Shown: positions 19,770 to 28,250 of the stretch, piece by piece
Layout: each line of letters begins with the position of its first letter
How positions within the stretch are numbered: position 1 is the stretch's first letter
Source: Dehalococcoidia bacterium
GTDB taxonomy: Bacteria > Chloroflexota > Dehalococcoidia > Dehalococcoidales > RBG-16-60-22
Reading direction: 5' to 3'
Assembly: GCA_011192005.1 (NCBI GenBank)
Contig: DUFB01000068.1
Span: forward strand, 1 to 54,189
DNA: 54,189 bases
Made by a program: the position numbers and the translations under genes
Notes under the pieces: generated by a model
The model's database searches: none
What the model saw: only the letters and a program-made list of their open reading frames with translations
Told to the model about the DNA's origin: nothing

Positions 19770-19831
19770 AACAGTCTCCTTTTAATGCAGTGATGCGTGT
19801 TTGAATATTATATAACCATAGCAAGCGGGAC

Positions 19832-20932
19832 TCAACTCCTGACCAGCGAGATGTTTCTGAAAACAAACTGTAATCCCGAAAAGGGATGATTAACCAGACA
19901 GTTAATCAGATACCCGCAAGTGCAGTAGGGGCATTCCAGCCGGTACATTTGCTGCAGTCTTTCCTTATATTTAGGCGATTTGAGAAGCGTTTTCAGCTCC
20001 TCCCGCTCCAGATTACCTATCGGCGGCAGCGCCCAGCACCCGGAATAGACGTTTTTATATGAATCTATATATATCCTGACGTAGCCCAGGACGCAATGAA
20101 AGAACGGCTCTTTACCTTTGAGATATTCGTGGGCGAAATTCAAACCAACAGGGTCGATACCGACCATCGACTTGGGGTCTTTTTTCCTTTCCCGGCTCAT
20201 ATGCTCGATGGTTTCGTCGATTACTTTCTCGTCTATCTGTTTGAGAGCAAGGGGGTCGTCGAGGTCCCGAAAGTGATAGGCACTGGTATCGAACAGATTA
20301 AAAGACCAGGATATGTCCAACTCCCTGGCCAGGTCTATCAACTGGGGAACCTGATGAATATTATGTGATACCAGTGTAGAGCCTATATTGATTGTAACCT
20401 TCCTCTTGGGGTCAAGCCTTTTCAACTCCTCAATTCCTTCGATTATTCTCTGGTAATCACCGGGAACGCCCCGTATCATGTCATTGACTTCTCCGATGCC
20501 GTCAAGGGAAATGCAGACAATATCAATCCCGCTGTCCAGTACCTCCTGAGCTTTCTTTTTTAAAAGCAGCCCGTTGGTAATGAGCAGGATTTTAGATTCC
20601 TTCATGATGGACTTGACCTTCCTGGCCAGTTCACCGATGTCATCCCTCAAGAGGGGCTCTCCCCCGTAAAACCCGATTGTCTTAATTTTAATCGCTTTAA
20701 ACTGGTAGAACAGCTTCTCCAGTTCCTCGAAAGTCAGTTCCGGCTTATCGGCCTGCTCCCGCCAGATATTGCAGGTAATGCAGCGGCTGTTGCATCTTTC
20801 GGTTACTTTCAGGCAAACGTCAATCGGCGAGGGCGATATCATCTTGAGGAGATTCCGATAATATCTGGCCAGAAAGACAGGGGGAAATTTAAACCCGAGT
20901 TTGATGACGGAGGTATTGTATAGTATGGACAT
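19832..20932 (-). CDS. Radical SAM protein with SPASM/twitch domain
   Basis: CNSRCITC, GGEPLLR, ITNG, SLDG; C-terminal C...GC...CPYC. Confidence 0.9.
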   Translation of the reverse strand: MSILYNTSVIKLGFKFPPVFLARYYRNLLKMISPSPIDVCLKVTERCNSRCITCNIWREQADKPELTFEELEKLFYQFKAIKIKTIGFYGGEPLLRDDIGELARKVKSIMKESKILLITNGLLLKKKAQEVLDSGIDIVCISLDGIGEVNDMIRGVPGDYQRIIEGIEELKRLDPKRKVTINIGSTLVSHNIHQVPQLIDLARELDISWSFNLFDTSAYHFRDLDDPLALKQIDEKVIDETIEHMSRERKKDPKSMVGIDPVGLNFAHEYLKGKEPFFHCVLGYVRIYIDSYKNVYSGCWALPPIGNLEREELKTLLKSPKYKERLQQMYRLECPYCTCGYLINCLVNHPFSGLQFVFRNISLVRS

Positions 20933-21068
20933 TCTTCTCCACGTTTAACCGGATTATCCAACATCTGGCTGCGGGTATAGATATTGATGCCTAAATCTAC
21001 CACTCACCACGTTGCTTTGTCAAAGAAGTACGATCAGGCGGTGGTTTCTCCTGTTTTCATCAGGTTAA

Positions 21069-21674
21069 TCAAGAAGAAATCACCCGTTCCGGTTTCCTAG
21101 CGCTGACGAAGTAGTGTTCCTGACTCTCGGAAATATAAATATCTGTAAATCCAGCTTCAGAAAGGAGGCGCTGCATTTCCTCATTTTCTGGGAAGGCGTG
21201 GCCGCATACCTCGGGTAGACTGCGGTGAATATCATTAATCACCTGCCGACCCGAGGTATGAGCTATAAAAATACGACCACCCGGCTGGAGAACCCGGCAT
21301 ATTTCGCTTAAAGCTCTGGGTTTATCTTCAAAGTGCGGAAAGACGGAATAACAGACTATGGCATCGAAAATCCCGTCCGGAAGCCCGGAATTTTCTATAT
21401 CCGCGCAGATAAATTCTACATTACCATTGAAATTCTTGCGGCGGGCGATATCGAGCATATCCTCGGCATAATCAAGGCAGACAAGCCTGCCTTTATCACC
21501 AATCTTCTGCAGGAGAAATGGCACGAAAATACCGGTACCCGTACCCACATCCAGAACAGCATCACCCGGTGTAATCTCCATACGGGCCAGCATCGCCTCG
21601 AGTCTGGATACGTCTTTTTCTGCCACCTTTTCATCCCAGGTGGCTGCCCTAGCATTAAAGAAGTCTTTACTCAC
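21069..21674 (-). CDS. Class I SAM-dependent methyltransferase (UbiE-like)
   Basis: VLDVGTGTG, FDAIVC, RVLQPGG; GTGA overlap with the permease stop. Confidence 0.9.
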   Translation of the reverse strand: MSKDFFNARAATWDEKVAEKDVSRLEAMLARMEITPGDAVLDVGTGTGIFVPFLLQKIGDKGRLVCLDYAEDMLDIARRKNFNGNVEFICADIENSGLPDGIFDAIVCYSVFPHFEDKPRALSEICRVLQPGGRIFIAHTSGRQVINDIHRSLPEVCGHAFPENEEMQRLLSEAGFTDIYISESQEHYFVSARKPERVISS

Positions 21675-22513
21675 GTCATGTTCTCCTGTACGGGTTTCTG
21701 CTGCCAGCGTTTTACCTTGCGCTTCGGTGAAAAGATAACCGCCACCAAGAAAATTACCGAGGAAGTAACGACGATGGTGGCGCCGCTGGGTATATCGAAC
21801 AGATAGGAAAAAAGCAGTCCCACCCAGCCGGAAACGACACCGAAGATGGCCGACAACAGGAACATCAGTTTCATGCTATAGGTAAGCTGGTAGGCGGCTG
21901 CGGCCGGATTAAGAATCAGGCTGAAAACGAGTAGGCCGCCGATGGAACGTAACGATGCGGTTACGGTGGTTCCGGTGAGGAAGAGGATACCGTAGAAAAT
22001 AATAGTAGCCGGCAGGCCTACCGCCAGCGCCATATTACGGTTAAAAATTGTGGCCTTAATTTCCTTGTAAAACACAACTACCAGCCCCACCACCACCACC
22101 GCCACAACCGCCAGTATAGCGATGTCCACCCGAGTATTGGTGAGTATGCTGCCCCAAAGCAGCTCCATCGCCGAGGAGCGGGCGTAGGGGATCAGCCCCA
22201 TAAAGAGGAAGGCAATGCCCAGCATCAGGGAAAAGATTACACCCAGCGAAGTCTCCGGGCTGAGCTCGCCGCGGTCAGCTAAAGGGCCGACCACCGCCGC
22301 CGCCAGCAGGCTTACCACCAGGGCGCCAATAAGTGGCTCGAAACCTAGCCAGAGGCCGAGAAGGGCACCGGCGAAAGCGGCGTGAGACATGGCCACGCCG
22401 ATAAAGGGCATATGCATCAGCACCACGAAAACACCGATAATCGAGCAGACGACTCCACCCAGAAAGGCGGAGACGATGGCGTTCTGCATGAACTGATAAC
22501 CGAAGATTTCCAA
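21671..22513 (-). CDS. znuB: Metal ABC transporter permease (ZnuB/MntB family)
   Basis: MSHAAFAG, LLWGSIL, IGGLLVFSLILNPAAAA, DIPSGATIV. Start reassigned to TTG 22513 after a GAGGAG RBS. Confidence 0.9.
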   Translation of the reverse strand: MEIFGYQFMQNAIVSAFLGGVVCSIIGVFVVLMHMPFIGVAMSHAAFAGALLGLWLGFEPLIGALVVSLLAAAVVGPLADRGELSPETSLGVIFSLMLGIAFLFMGLIPYARSSAMELLWGSILTNTRVDIAILAVVAVVVVGLVVVFYKEIKATIFNRNMALAVGLPATIIFYGILFLTGTTVTASLRSIGGLLVFSLILNPAAAAYQLTYSMKLMFLLSAIFGVVSGWVGLLFSYLFDIPSGATIVVTSSVIFLVAVIFSPKRKVKRWQQKPVQENMT

Positions 22514-22514
22514 G

Positions 22515-23303
22515 CTAATGTCGCTCCTCTTCCTTGTGGACATGAGGCTGGCGCTCCCGGAGCACCGGCAGGGGCATATCAAAGAGGCGGCTGAGGCTCT
22601 CGGCGGATACAACCTTGTCCGGGGGGCCGTCGCCGATAATCAATCCGTCCTTCATCAGCACTGCCCGATCGCAGGTGTGGGGCAGAGCATCCAGGTCGTG
22701 GGTAACAAAGAGAGTGGTGAGTTGGCGCGACCTGTGGATTCGTTTGACCAGCTCAAGTATGCCGGTCTGGGCTTTCCAGTCCAGCGAGGCGGTCGGCTCA
22801 TCAAGCAGGAATATCTCAGGTTCCTGGGCCAGGCACCGGGCGATGGCTACCCGCTGCTGTTCACCCCCGGAGAGGTGACCGATGGGTCGACGGGCAAGAT
22901 GGGTCATTCCTACCAGTTCCAGCATCTCGTCGACCAGGGCCCAATCGCGCTTCCCGGGCCGGTGGAAGAGACCGAGCACTCCGTATCGTCCGATCATTAC
23001 CACCTCCCGTACGGTCATCGGCATACGACGGTCGATGTCTTCCGCCTGAGCAACGTAGCCCACCCTCTTTCTCAGGGCATGACCGTTGGACGGATCCAAG
23101 GCGGCACCCAGCACCCGCACCCGGCCACTAAGCAGCCGGCCCAGTCCGTTGACTACTGTAAGCAGCGTCGTCTTGCCGGCCCCGTTGGGACCAATGACGC
23201 CGATAAACTCGCCGGCGGTCACCTTAAGGGAAACACCCCGCAGGGCGACATCCTCCCTGAAGGAAACCACGGCGTCTTTTATATCAATGATGTAATCGGT
23301 CAT
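22515..23303 (-). CDS. znuC: Metal ABC transporter ATP-binding protein
   Basis: Walker A GPNGAGKT, signature LSGGEQQR, Walker B LLDEP, H-loop VTHD. Confidence 0.92.
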   Translation of the reverse strand: MTDYIIDIKDAVVSFREDVALRGVSLKVTAGEFIGVIGPNGAGKTTLLTVVNGLGRLLSGRVRVLGAALDPSNGHALRKRVGYVAQAEDIDRRMPMTVREVVMIGRYGVLGLFHRPGKRDWALVDEMLELVGMTHLARRPIGHLSGGEQQRVAIARCLAQEPEIFLLDEPTASLDWKAQTGILELVKRIHRSRQLTTLFVTHDLDALPHTCDRAVLMKDGLIIGDGPPDKVVSAESLSRLFDMPLPVLRERQPHVHKEEERH

Positions 23304-23335
23304 CGAGTACTCCAGCCTGGGACCTAATAAAAAGA

Positions 23336-24178
23336 TTATTCTTTCAATGCTTCCAGCAGGAGGTTAATGTTATAATTTACAGCCCCTTCCCAAGTCTCGG
23401 TCTCCGCATTCACACCGGGGAAGTTGATCAGGATCACCCGGGGACATCCTAACTCAGTAGCTATCGGCAGGCCAGCATCCTTATTATCGTGTAGGTTATC
23501 GACGATCAGAGTAACCCCCTCCGCTCGACCCAGTTCCACCAGATCCTGGATATCGGCCGGGGTCGGCGCTGTGGGTAGGCCGTAGGTACCGACGATGTTA
23601 AAGCCAGCCCAGCCGAGAAATCCAGCCTGCCAGCCGGCGCAAATAACATTGACGGCGGAGACGTCGATTTCAGCCAGCCTAGCTCGAATCTCGGATTCCT
23701 CTGTCTGGACAGCAGCCTTGTAGTCCTCAGCAGCATCCTGATAGGCGGCACCATTTTGACTATCCACCTGGCTGAGAGCAGCCGCTACCAAGTCAGCCGC
23801 CTGCCGCTGCACCGGTGGAGTCATCCAGGAGCCTTGAATATCGATAGCAATAACAGTCATATCCGGGTTATCGGCTGATTCAAGTAGACCGGGAACGTAT
23901 AGCTCGCCCGGCCAGTTGTGCCAGAGAAAGAGGTTAGCATCAGCCAGCTTCTTAATATCGCCGGGGCTGGCATCAAAGTCGCCCGGGTGCGAGGCCGAGG
24001 GTACGATATTAATGACATCGACCCGGTCACCCCCTATCCTCTTTACCAGTTGCTCCAGGTGAGAAGTGCTGGTAACCACCTTGATACCCTTGGCCCCTTC
24101 ATCGGTGCAACCGGCCAGCAAGGAGCTTGCTAATATGCCGATGATAATGATAGCTAAAACAATAGATACCTTTTTCAT
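23336..24178 (-). CDS. znuA: Metal ABC transporter substrate-binding lipoprotein (ZnuA/TroA-like)
   Basis: Lipobox LAGC, KVVTSTSHL..IGGDRVDV, SPGDIKKLADANL; operon context. Confidence 0.8.
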   Translation of the reverse strand: MKKVSIVLAIIIIGILASSLLAGCTDEGAKGIKVVTSTSHLEQLVKRIGGDRVDVINIVPSASHPGDFDASPGDIKKLADANLFLWHNWPGELYVPGLLESADNPDMTVIAIDIQGSWMTPPVQRQAADLVAAALSQVDSQNGAAYQDAAEDYKAAVQTEESEIRARLAEIDVSAVNVICAGWQAGFLGWAGFNIVGTYGLPTAPTPADIQDLVELGRAEGVTLIVDNLHDNKDAGLPIATELGCPRVILINFPGVNAETETWEGAVNYNINLLLEALKE

Positions 24179-24208
24179 ATCTCCTCATTCTCATATTTAT
24201 TTCTCCAG

Positions 24209-24224
24209 ATGCAACTAGTTGCAT
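24209..24224. promoter_or_regulatory. Palindromic operator, candidate Zur/Fur box
   Basis: Perfect 16-bp palindrome ATGCAACTAGTTGCAT overlapping a minus-strand TATAAT (24223-24228) upstream of znuA. Confidence 0.75.
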
Positions 24225-24249
24225 TATAAATCAAAAAAATTTAAATGTT

Positions 24250-24666
24250 CTATCTGGATTTCTTCCGACAGGCGGAACAGAGTCCTGTTATCATAATGTG
24301 CTTGAAATCCGCCTGAAAACCGTACCTGTTCGCCAAGACATCCTTGACAGAGGAAAAGAGATTTTCATTGCAGTCCTGCGTTTTACCGCAGACCCGACAG
24401 ACGAGATGGTGATGATGCCCCTCCTCGGCGTGGTGGTAGATAAAATGACCGTCGATTTCGCTCTTTACCACGCACCCCGATTCCTCCAGAAGGTCAAGGG
24501 TGCGGTAAACGGTCGATTTATTTATGCCGGGCGCCCGTGTCTCCAGGAAACTGATAAGCTCATCGGCGGTAAGGTGAGACTGGTTATCGTGAATATACTC
24601 GACGATAAGACGACGCTGGGGGGTCATCTTGTAACCTTTTTGTTTGAGGATAGTAGAACAACTCAT
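24250..24666 (-). CDS. Fur family regulator, probably Zur
   Basis: TPQR, HLTA, STVYRTLDLL, HHHHLVCRVCG, C-terminal CSAC; adjacent to the metal ABC operon. Confidence 0.9.
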   Translation of the reverse strand: MSCSTILKQKGYKMTPQRRLIVEYIHDNQSHLTADELISFLETRAPGINKSTVYRTLDLLEESGCVVKSEIDGHFIYHHAEEGHHHHLVCRVCGKTQDCNENLFSSVKDVLANRYGFQADFKHIMITGLCSACRKKSR

Positions 24667-24671
24667 CGTAA

Positions 24672-24715
24672 TTGCAACCAGTTGCTATTATATACGTTTT
24701 ATATCATAATGTCAA
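24672..24715 (-). promoter_or_regulatory. Consensus sigma70 promoter with autoregulatory operator
   Basis: Minus strand TTGACA (24715-24710), N17, TATAAT (24692-24687). GCAACCAGTTGC at 24674-24685 covers the expected start site. Confidence 0.75.
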
Positions 24716-24742
24716 CAGCGTTTACGGGAATATGCAGACTTT

Positions 24743-25210
24743 TTATGGCAGAAGCAAGTCTTCGCTTTCCATGCCAAGTTCTTCCAAGGATGCGGTGAAC
24801 AATGCCATCAAACACAAGCGTAATTGCTCCTGCTGCTCACCGGTCAGCGAATCCATGATACCGTGAATCAGGTCCTCGCCCATTACTTTACGGCATAACT
24901 CGCGTCCCCTGGTGGTGATAGAAAGCCTGACCACGTTTCCCCGGTTCTTATCCCTGGCCTTGGTAACAAGCCCCTTCTTCTCCATCCTGACGATAAGCTC
25001 GGATACAGAGTGAGGTTCCAGGAAAAGCTGCCGCGATAACTCCACGGGCGTAATCCTGCCATCGAAAGCCCAGATGGTAACCAGCGCCGCCGCCTGGTTG
25101 GGCGGGAGGTATTGCCCCACCTTTTTGTGCCTGAGTTTAAATATTGCCGAACGCGTCTTGTTAAGCAGCAACCAGAGTCGGTAATCTTCGTTTATCTTCA
25201 GCTTTTTCAT
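24743..25210 (-). CDS. MarR family transcriptional regulator
   Basis: wHTH: ITPVELSRQL..SVSELIVRMEKKGLV..DKNR..LSITTRG. Confidence 0.88.
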   Translation of the reverse strand: MKKLKINEDYRLWLLLNKTRSAIFKLRHKKVGQYLPPNQAAALVTIWAFDGRITPVELSRQLFLEPHSVSELIVRMEKKGLVTKARDKNRGNVVRLSITTRGRELCRKVMGEDLIHGIMDSLTGEQQEQLRLCLMALFTASLEELGMESEDLLLP

Positions 25211-25225
25211 ACAGTATACTATCAG

Positions 25226-25313
25226 ATAATAACGATAATATCCCCGGGCGTCAATATATTCCAGTTATAACCATGCATCACGCTTGACAGTATAATCCGG
25301 CGAATGGCATAAT
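25226..25313. promoter_or_regulatory. Divergent promoters for marR and the FAD oxidoreductase operon
   Basis: Minus: TTGACG (25254-25249), N17, TATTAT. Plus: TTGACA (25284-25289), N18, CATAAT. Confidence 0.5.
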
Positions 25314-25378
25314 TGGGAATAGTCGTAGTACGATATATTTATAAATATAGATTGTACACGATTCAAAAGGAGAGGACG

Positions 25379-26848
25379 ATGGTCGACACAGCGCTGGAGA
25401 AAATCGTCGGTAGCGAAAACATCCTCACGGCGGCAGACGTACTGGCCGAATACGCTGACATATCACCAGCAGTTACTCCAAAAACACCCGGATACGCGGT
25501 TAGGCCGGAGAACGCCAGGGAAGTTGAAGCAATCGTGAAGTGGGCTAACGAAAACCGGACTCCTCTGGTACCGGTAAGCTCGGGACCGCCTCACGGTCGC
25601 GGCGACACGGCACCGTATACAGACGGCACGGTTATCGTCGACCTGAGCCGGATGAAGAGAATCATCCGGATAGACAGTCGCAACAAAGTCGCCATGATAG
25701 AACCCGGCGTTACTTTCGGAGAATTACAGGCAGCGCTGGCGAAAGAAGGATTGTGCGCTTATATGCCCCTGCTACCCCGCCGCAACAAATCGGTAGTCTG
25801 CAGCGTGCTGGAAAGGGAGCCAATTACACGACCGGGCCATCACTGGGATAGCACCGACCCCCTGCTCTGCGCCGAGGTGGTCTTCGGGAACAGCGACAGG
25901 TTCCGGACAGGTGAGGCATCGGGGCCGGATACTGTCGAGGAGCAGTGGGAGATGGACCGGGTGCAGATGAATCCTTTCGGGCACAGCCACGTGGATTTCC
26001 AGAGGTTGCTCTCCGGCGCCCAGGGCACGATAGGCATCGTTACCTGGATAACGGTAAAGTGCAGTTACCTCTCAAAGGTAAGCAGGTCTTACCTGGTACC
26101 GTCTGATGATATCGAACCTTTGCTGGATTTATGCTATCAGCTGGTTAAATTCAGGTTCGGCGGGAATATCTTTATCGTAAACAGTCTCAATCTGGCCTGT
26201 TTGTTAAGCAGCAACCATCAAGAGATTCAGGATATTAAGAAAGAACTGCCTTCGTGGATTATGTTAACCTCCTTCGAGGGTTACGGAATCTTACCCGGGG
26301 ATAAGGTAGCCAGCGAAGAGGCCGATTTTAAGGCCCTGGCGGAGGAATACAGGCTGAAGCCGGTGACGACTACCGGCAACGCCAGCGCCGCAAAGGCATC
26401 GCAGTTACTCTTACAGCCATCTCCGGACCCCTACTGGAAGACGAGGTACCGCGGGGCAGGTCAGGACGTCTTCTTCCTGACAACGCTCGATAAGACCCCG
26501 GATTTTTCTGCTGAGATGAACAAGCTGGTCGAGTCCTGTAAATACCCTCCCCAGGACATTGGCGTATATATCCAGCCGATTGTCCAGGGCACGAGCTGTC
26601 ATTGCGAGTTTAACTTTTATCACGACCCCGCCGAAGCCGACGCGGTAAACGAGTTAACCAACCAGGCCTGCGAAAAGATAGCCGCGATGGGAGGTTTCTT
26701 CTCTCGTCCCTACCCTGCCTGGAAAGATATAGCCTACCAGCAGGCGGCGGGCACGGCAGAAATGCAGCGTAAGATAAAACATTTATTCGACCCCAATGAC
26801 ATTCTTAATCCGGGCAAGTTATGTTTTAGTATCCCGGAGGTAAGGTAA
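25379..26848 (+). CDS. FAD-binding oxidoreductase (FAD_binding_4, GlcD/VAO-like)
   Basis: VRPENAREV, VDLSRMKRI, IEPGV, GAQGTIGIVT, FDPNDILNPGK. Start ATG 25379 after an AGGAG RBS. Confidence 0.9.
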   Translation: MVDTALEKIVGSENILTAADVLAEYADISPAVTPKTPGYAVRPENAREVEAIVKWANENRTPLVPVSSGPPHGRGDTAPYTDGTVIVDLSRMKRIIRIDSRNKVAMIEPGVTFGELQAALAKEGLCAYMPLLPRRNKSVVCSVLEREPITRPGHHWDSTDPLLCAEVVFGNSDRFRTGEASGPDTVEEQWEMDRVQMNPFGHSHVDFQRLLSGAQGTIGIVTWITVKCSYLSKVSRSYLVPSDDIEPLLDLCYQLVKFRFGGNIFIVNSLNLACLLSSNHQEIQDIKKELPSWIMLTSFEGYGILPGDKVASEEADFKALAEEYRLKPVTTTGNASAAKASQLLLQPSPDPYWKTRYRGAGQDVFFLTTLDKTPDFSAEMNKLVESCKYPPQDIGVYIQPIVQGTSCHCEFNFYHDPAEADAVNELTNQACEKIAAMGGFFSRPYPAWKDIAYQQAAGTAEMQRKIKHLFDPNDILNPGKLCFSIPEVR

Positions 26849-28122
26849 TGGCCTACCAGGACTATACGCACGATATGCAGCGGTGCACCAGGTGTTCCTA
26901 CTGCAAGTGGATACCCTACCGCTACATTAAAAATACCGACTTCATGGAGGGGTGTCCGTCGGTGGCGCGCTACCTCTGGCACGCCTATTCGGCCAGCGGT
27001 AAATTCAACATGGCTTATTCCCTCCTTAAAGACAGGATAGAAATCGATGAGACTTTCCTGGACGTGCTTTATCACTGCCATATGGACGGCAGCTGCGATG
27101 TTTCCTGCAAGGTACAGCAGGACCTGGAGCCCCTGCAGCTGATGCAGGAACTGAGGATCAAGTGCGTCGAAGAGGGGCAGTTGCTGCCCGTTCACATGCT
27201 GGTCATCGAGGGACTGCGTAAAGAAGACAACATGATGCAATCTCCGAAAGCCGACCGCGGTAAATGGGCGGAGGGGCTCGATGTTAAAGACCTGGCCAGG
27301 GAAAGTGCCGAAGTCGTCTATCATGCCGGCTGCCGCTATTCCTACGATGAAGAGCTGCAACCGATAGCCAGGGCGGGGATGCAAATCCTCAGGAATACCG
27401 GGGTGGACATCGGCATTATGGGCGTTGACGAAGCCTGTTGCGGAGGCAGGGCTTACGAACTGGGGTATGCCGGTGAACTCACCAAGTACGCCGAGCACCA
27501 GCTGGAAACCTTACGAACGGCGGGAGTTAAAGTTTTGGTTACCCCGTGCGCCGACTGCTACGCCGCTTTCAAAGTCCTCTACGATAAAATCGGCAAGAAA
27601 CCGGAGATAGAGATATTTCATATCACCCAGTACATCCACCGCCTGATAGAAGAGGGTAAAATCAGTTTTACAAAAGAAATACCGCTGACGGTGACCTACC
27701 ATGACCCATGCCACCTAGGAAGGCTGGGAGAGCCCTGGATACACTGGCAGGGCAAGGAGACAAGGGCGATGGGCCCGATGATTATCCATGACCCGCCCAA
27801 GAAATTCCGTCGCGGCACCAACGGCGTGTACGAGACTCCCCGGGAAATCCTCAAAGCGATTCCCGGTCTGCGCCTGGTTGAGATGTACCGCATCAGGGAA
27901 TACGCCTGGTGCTGCGGGGCGGGGGGTGGCGTTATCGACGCGCACCCCGACTTCGCTGTCTGGACCGGCAACGAGAGACTCAAGGAAGCCCGTGCCGTCG
28001 GGGCGGAAGCCATCGTCAGCGCCTGCGGGTGGTGTAAACGCAACTTCCTGGACGCCGCCGCAGCCAGCGGGGATAACATGGAGGTCTATGACATCATCGA
28101 ACTGGTACAGAAGGCACTCTGA
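26848..28122 (+). CDS. Fe-S oxidoreductase with two CCG domains (GlcF/HdrD-like)
   Basis: CTRCSYC..CP, CHMDGSCDVSC, HAGC, CCGG, PCADC, YHDPCHLGR, CCGAGGG, ACGWC; TAATG translational coupling. Confidence 0.92.
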   Translation: MAYQDYTHDMQRCTRCSYCKWIPYRYIKNTDFMEGCPSVARYLWHAYSASGKFNMAYSLLKDRIEIDETFLDVLYHCHMDGSCDVSCKVQQDLEPLQLMQELRIKCVEEGQLLPVHMLVIEGLRKEDNMMQSPKADRGKWAEGLDVKDLARESAEVVYHAGCRYSYDEELQPIARAGMQILRNTGVDIGIMGVDEACCGGRAYELGYAGELTKYAEHQLETLRTAGVKVLVTPCADCYAAFKVLYDKIGKKPEIEIFHITQYIHRLIEEGKISFTKEIPLTVTYHDPCHLGRLGEPWIHWQGKETRAMGPMIIHDPPKKFRRGTNGVYETPREILKAIPGLRLVEMYRIREYAWCCGAGGGVIDAHPDFAVWTGNERLKEARAVGAEAIVSACGWCKRNFLDAAAASGDNMEVYDIIELVQKAL

Positions 28123-28126
28123 GAAT

Positions 28127-28200
28127 TGTCATTCCCGCGAAAGCGGGAATCCAGCGGTGAAAAGTGGATGTGGATTCCCGGGTCAAGCCCGAGAATGACG
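28127..28200. repeat. Palindromic REP-like miniature element (dRS3/NIME-like)
   Basis: GTCATTCCCGCGAAAGCGGGAATCCA...TGGATTCCCGGGTCAAGCCCGAGAATGAC; contains ATTCCC-N8-GGGAAT and nested hairpins. Confidence 0.75.
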
Positions 28201-28250
28201 ATAAAATGAAATTATCTATCCTCGGCTAAACAGTAACCGGAGGCAATGCT

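Noticed and set aside
22518-23327. 269-aa plus-strand ORF
   Set aside because: Antisense to the ABC ATPase.
26734-27498. 254-aa minus-strand ORF, and similar ones at 16790-17488, 37936-38676 and 48590-49273
   Set aside because: All fully overlap well-supported genes on the opposite strand.
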